11,110 nt of DNA from Elusimicrobiota bacterium (lineage in GTDB: Bacteria; CG03; SLGR01; JAGXOG01), in the NCBI GenBank assembly GCA_051745145.1, contig JBNJDT010000049.1, positions 1-11,110 of the forward strand, read 5' to 3'. The first letter of the stretch is position 1. Each line of letters starts with the position of its first letter. The position numbers and the translations under genes are program-made. The notes under the pieces are model-generated. The model made no database searches. It saw only the letters and a list, made by a program, of their open reading frames with translations, and was not told the origin of the DNA. Positions 7,463 through 11,110 of the stretch are shown piece after piece.

Positions 7463-8367
7463 TAATTGAGACAGAATATAAGAATATAAAGCTTGAGAAT
7501 AAACAGGCGGTTACAATAGGTACCTTTGACGGGTTCCACAGGGGGCATAAAAAGATAATTGAGCATACTCTGCACCGGGCTGCCGAAGAAAATCTGGATT
7601 CCTGCGTAGTTATTATAGATTCAGTGCCCGATCACGAAAAGCTACTTACCACCCGGGAAGAAAAATTTTATCTTTTTGAAAGGATAGGAGTTGACCGGGT
7701 AATAGTATTTAAAAAAAACGGCAGCTGGAGAAATATGCCAGCCGGAGCTTTTGTAGAAGATTTTTTAATAGAAAGATTAAACTGTTCTCATCTTTCGGTG
7801 GGAAAAGATTTTAAGTTCGGCAGTAAAAGAGAAGGGGACCGGAAAATTCTGGAAAAGTACTCACCCGGAAATTTTAAGCTGGATATCCATCCCTTAGAAA
7901 AATATAAAGGTCAAAAAATTTCTTCTTCGAATATCCGCAGGCAGTTAAAAAAGGGTAATTTAGAAAAAGTAAATAAATTACTGGGTAGAAATTATTTTTT
8001 TATGGGGCGGCACATAAAGGGTAAAAAAATCGGACGGCAGCTGGGAACTCCCACTGTAAATTTCAATGTGGGAGAGAAAAAACTGCTTCCCCTGGGGGTA
8101 TTCGGGGCAAAAGCTATTATAAAAGATGGCCGGGAGGTTTTGGGGGCCTGTTTTATAGGTCCTGTCAGAGTGGGAAAACATATAGAAAAAGAGAAAACAG
8201 TCGAGCTAAATATTTTAGAATACAGCGGGGGAATTGAAAAAAAGATAGTTTGTGTGGAACTGGTGAATAAGATAAGGGATCCTAAAAAATTCACCGGGAA
8301 AAAACAGCTTAAAGCTCAGATTAATAAAGATATAACAAAAATAAAAAAAAAGTCTAAAATAAGATAG
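7459..8367 (+). CDS. ribF: Bifunctional FAD synthetase/riboflavin kinase (divergent)
   Basis: TIGTFDGFHRGH, VGKDFKFG and ISSSNIR mark the adenylyltransferase; GRQLGTPTVN, PLGVF and KKF mark the kinase. The GTG start overlaps the truB stop (GTGA). Confidence 0.9.
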   Translation: MIIETEYKNIKLENKQAVTIGTFDGFHRGHKKIIEHTLHRAAEENLDSCVVIIDSVPDHEKLLTTREEKFYLFERIGVDRVIVFKKNGSWRNMPAGAFVEDFLIERLNCSHLSVGKDFKFGSKREGDRKILEKYSPGNFKLDIHPLEKYKGQKISSSNIRRQLKKGNLEKVNKLLGRNYFFMGRHIKGKKIGRQLGTPTVNFNVGEKKLLPLGVFGAKAIIKDGREVLGACFIGPVRVGKHIEKEKTVELNILEYSGGIEKKIVCVELVNKIRDPKKFTGKKQLKAQINKDITKIKKKSKIR

Positions 8368-8400
8368 ATAAATATATACTCTATGTATTGAGATTATTAT

Positions 8401-8429
8401 TTGACAGGATTACTTCATTCAAGTAAACT
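8401..8429 (+). promoter_or_regulatory. Near-consensus sigma70 promoter upstream of the diguanylate cyclase
   Basis: TTGACA (8401-8406), 17-nt spacer, TAAACT (8424-8429), with AT-rich sequence upstream. Confidence 0.75.
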
Positions 8430-8440
8430 ATAAATCTAAA

Positions 8441-9733
8441 ATGCAAAAAAGTGGAAAGAAAAAAATTTTGATTATCGGCGGAGGAAGAAGAGGTCTGGCT
8501 ACGGTTGAGATTTTAAATGAAGATGAAAATTTCGATATTATAGCAGTAGTAGATAAAAAACCTAACGCTTCCGGCGTAAAACTTGCCCAGCGTCTGGGCA
8601 TTAAAACAGATACAGACTGGGAAAAATATATAGAAGAGAGTGAGCTGGACGCCGTATTAAATCTGACCGGTGATAAGAAGATACAGGATCTTCTGCACAA
8701 AAAAGCTCAGGATACCGGTATAGAGATTCCCGGGGGAACCGCTCTTGAATTTTTAAGTAATATCCTTATGGAACGTCAGGTTCAGGTGGAACTTCACCGG
8801 GTCTCGCAGCGGATAACTTCCGATATTGAACTGGACGAATTATTAGTTCTTATTTTATCATCCTGCGTTAAGGGAACCAAAGCGGCCGGGGGGCTGATAA
8901 TACTAAAAGATGATAAAAGCGGTAATTGGGAAGTAAAATCCAGGTGGGAAGTTCCCGACAAGTTCATTGAAGAAATGGTTGAAATAGCAACCAAAAAATT
9001 ATATGACTGGGATGATAAAAAAGAGGTGGAAAAGCTCTTTGATAACCCCGCAGAAGATTTAAATGCTGTATTAAAAACCGCTCTTTGCGCCCCATTAAGA
9101 TTCAGAGGGGATATAATAGGAGCTATTGTGGTGTTTAAAAAAGAGGGCAAAAGTAGTTTTTCTCCGCAGTTGAAGAGATTGCTATCCACTTTTGCCAATC
9201 AGTCGGCGGTTGCTATAGAAAATGTTTTATTATATAAAAAGTCTCAGCATCTATCTATAACAGATGGATTAACCGGAGTTTATAATCACCGGTACTTTCA
9301 GGATAAGCTGGCCACGGAGCTGAGCAGAGCCCAGCGGTATGATTTAAATTTCGGGCTTATAATTTTTGATCTGGATAATTTTAAGAATATAAATGATACA
9401 CACGGGCATGTAAAAGGTGATGAGATATTAAAACGGGTGGCTTATCACATTGAAAAAGTATTGCGAAAATCCGACACTATAGCCCGTTACGGAGGAGACG
9501 AATTTGTGGCCCTGTTGCCCGAAACCCGAAAAAAAGATACAATAAAAGTCGGAGAAAGGATAAGACAGAGTTTAGAAAGAGCAAATGAAGAAAGCGAGGT
9601 TGCTATACATATAAGCGTAGGCGTGGCCGCTTACCCGGATGACGGCGTGTATCGCGAGGATCTGGTTAAGAAAGCGGACGGCGCTCTTTATAAAGCTAAA
9701 GAAAGCGGCAGGAATAAAACCTGCGCGGCATAG
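8441..9733 (+). CDS. Cytoplasmic diguanylate cyclase: N-terminal Rossmann-fold domain, GAF and GGDEF
   Basis: ILIIGGGRRG followed by IIAVVD and LDAVLNLTG (dinucleotide-binding fold); ALCAPLRFRGDIIGAI and FANQSAVAIEN (GAF); DGLTGVYN, DLDNFKNINDTHGHVKGD and RYGGDEF (intact A-site); RKSD I-site five residues before GGDEF. No transmembrane segment seen. Confidence 0.93.
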   Translation: MQKSGKKKILIIGGGRRGLATVEILNEDENFDIIAVVDKKPNASGVKLAQRLGIKTDTDWEKYIEESELDAVLNLTGDKKIQDLLHKKAQDTGIEIPGGTALEFLSNILMERQVQVELHRVSQRITSDIELDELLVLILSSCVKGTKAAGGLIILKDDKSGNWEVKSRWEVPDKFIEEMVEIATKKLYDWDDKKEVEKLFDNPAEDLNAVLKTALCAPLRFRGDIIGAIVVFKKEGKSSFSPQLKRLLSTFANQSAVAIENVLLYKKSQHLSITDGLTGVYNHRYFQDKLATELSRAQRYDLNFGLIIFDLDNFKNINDTHGHVKGDEILKRVAYHIEKVLRKSDTIARYGGDEFVALLPETRKKDTIKVGERIRQSLERANEESEVAIHISVGVAAYPDDGVYREDLVKKADGALYKAKESGRNKTCAA

Positions 9734-9784
9734 AGTTTTTAATTTGAATAAATTAGATCACAGGTAAAAAAGGAGGTTTTAACA

Positions 9785-10054
9785 GTGTCAATAACCAAAG
9801 AAAAGAAAAAAGAAGTAATAAAAAAATATCAAAGAGATGAGAACGACACCGGTTCGCCGGAAGTACAGATAGCTATTTTAACCAATAGAATTAATACGTT
9901 GACCGAACACGTAAAAGAAAACACAAAAGATCACAGTTCGCGTTTTGGTCTTCTTAAACTGGTATCTCGAAGAAGAAAACTTCTTGATTATTTAAAAGAT
10001 AATGACGAAGAAAAATACAAAAGTTTGATTAAAGATCTTAAGATAAAAAAATAA
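9785..10054 (+). CDS. rpsO: 30S ribosomal protein S15
   Basis: Motifs [26 protein letters not shown] and RRKLLDYL; 89 aa. GTG start with SD AGGAGGT at 9771-9777. Confidence 0.99.
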   Translation: MSITKEKKKEVIKKYQRDENDTGSPEVQIAILTNRINTLTEHVKENTKDHSSRFGLLKLVSRRRKLLDYLKDNDEEKYKSLIKDLKIKK

Positions 10055-10148
10055 AATAATATAGAATGTTGGAAATTACCGGAAATAAATTTGTTTAAGT
10101 TTATTTAAGTAAGTGATAAAGAAAGAAAGTTTGTAAGAAGAGGAAATG

Positions 10149-11110
10149 ATGGAAAAAATTACAGAAAAAGTAGAAATTAATGGTAGAGATTTAGTTGTTG
10201 AAACCGGGGAACTGGCCAAACAGGCCGGAGGTTCGGTTAAAGTAAGTTACGGAGAAACAGAAGTTCTGGCTACATGTTGTATGTCGCCTGAACCTTCGAA
10301 TATGCCCTTTTTCCCGCTGACAGTGGATTACAGGGAAAGAACCTATGCCGCGGGAAAAATCCCCGGCGGATTCTTTAAAAGAGAGGGAAAACCCCAGGAA
10401 AAGGAAATAATAACTTCCCGGTTGATAGACCGTCCCATAAGACCTCTTTTTCCGGACGGTTTTAATCACGAAGTACAGATAATGATAACAGTGCTTTCTT
10501 CAGATGAGGAAAATGATTCTGATATACCCGCTATGCTGGGCGGCAGTTTGGCTGTCTCTTTATCCAGAGCGCCGTTTAACGGTCCTATAGGCTCGGTAAG
10601 ACTGGGTAAAATAGACGATGAATTTGTAATTAACCCCACTTTTGACCAGCTGGATGAGAGCGAACTTGATATTATAGTAGCCGGTAAGGAAGATACTGTT
10701 ACTATGATAGAAGGGGAAGCCTATGAGACAAAAGAAGAGGTTGTATTAAAAGCCATAGAACACGCTAAGGAACCTATAAGTAAAATTATAGAACTCCAGA
10801 AAAGAGTCATCAAGCAGGCTGCCAAAGAAAATATGGAATATACACCCGAAGAAATTGATGAAGAACTTGAAAATAAAGTATCTGAATTTGCCTCTGATAA
10901 GATAATGGAAGTTCTGAAGGGTGGCTACGGAAAACAAAAAAGATCTTCTGAAATTGGAAAGATAAAAACTGAGACCATAGAAAATTTCGCCTCCGAAGAA
11001 GAAGAGAGCGGTGACCTTGAATCGAATATAAAGACTGTAATTTCCAATTTGGAGAAAAAACTGCTCAGAAAGCTGGTTACCGAAGAAGATCTGAGAGTAG
11101 ACGGCAGATC
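10149..11110 (+). CDS. pnp: Polyribonucleotide nucleotidyltransferase (PNPase), 5' part, truncated by the window edge
   Basis: Not in the ORF track. Manual translation gives MEKITEKVEINGRDLVVETGELAKQAGGS, FFPLTVDYRERTYAAGKIPGGFFKREG, SRLIDRPIRPLFP and finally LRVDGR at the edge, in the same frame. GAGG at 10140-10143; alternative ATG at 10146. Confidence 0.98.
   Translation, partial: MEKITEKVEINGRDLVVETGELAKQAGGSVKVSYGETEVLATCCMSPEPSNMPFFPLTVDYRERTYAAGKIPGGFFKREGKPQEKEIITSRLIDRPIRPLFPDGFNHEVQIMITVLSSDEENDSDIPAMLGGSLAVSLSRAPFNGPIGSVRLGKIDDEFVINPTFDQLDESELDIIVAGKEDTVTMIEGEAYETKEEVVLKAIEHAKEPISKIIELQKRVIKQAAKENMEYTPEEIDEELENKVSEFASDKIMEVLKGGYGKQKRSSEIGKIKTETIENFASEEEESGDLESNIKTVISNLEKKLLRKLVTEEDLRVDGR

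Noticed and set aside
6737..8294. Alternative-frame ORFs over truB and ribF, including the 201-aa minus ORF 6970-7575 and the plus ORF 6870-7079
   Set aside because: Shadow ORFs with no family motifs or expression signals.
8428..9198. Minus-strand ORFs opposite the diguanylate cyclase
   Set aside because: Ser/Phe-rich antisense of an intact plus-strand gene.
10066..10098. 10-codon ORF MLEITGNKFV between rpsO and pnp
   Set aside because: No SD and no coupling to pnp. Its length is expected by chance.
10191..10937. Minus-strand ORFs 10191-10469 and 10746-10937
   Set aside because: Antisense to pnp, which the track missed because it has no stop within the window.
1..11110. tRNA (e.g. initiator tRNA upstream of rimP), FMN or c-di-GMP riboswitch, CRISPR array, integron attC, transposase
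   Set aside because: Intergenic regions are short and AT-rich. By eye I saw no cloverleaf, riboswitch consensus, repeat-spacer pattern or recombinase/transposase ORF.

Overview
Low-GC bacterial DNA with all supported genes on the + strand. Most of the window is the conserved translation/RNA-processing cluster rimP-nusA-infB-rbfA-nrnA(DHH)-truB-ribF-rpsO-pnp, with pnp running off the right edge. Three parts stand out. (1) A soluble Rossmann-GAF-GGDEF diguanylate cyclase lies between ribF and rpsO, behind a near-consensus sigma70 promoter, with almost no leader and no terminator before rpsO-pnp. (2) At the left is a very AT-rich type II toxin-antitoxin-like pair. Its AbrB/MazE-like antitoxin is missing from the ORF track because its ATG is out of frame by one base at ATG-CCC-C, and the RelE-like toxin has His where the family usually has Arg. 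(3) fxsA is preceded by a 19-aa ORF that overlaps its start. A promoter-proximal terminator hairpin (rimP-leader attenuator) precedes rimP. I found no tRNA, rRNA, CRISPR array or transposase. All calls come from manual motif recognition; no searches were run.
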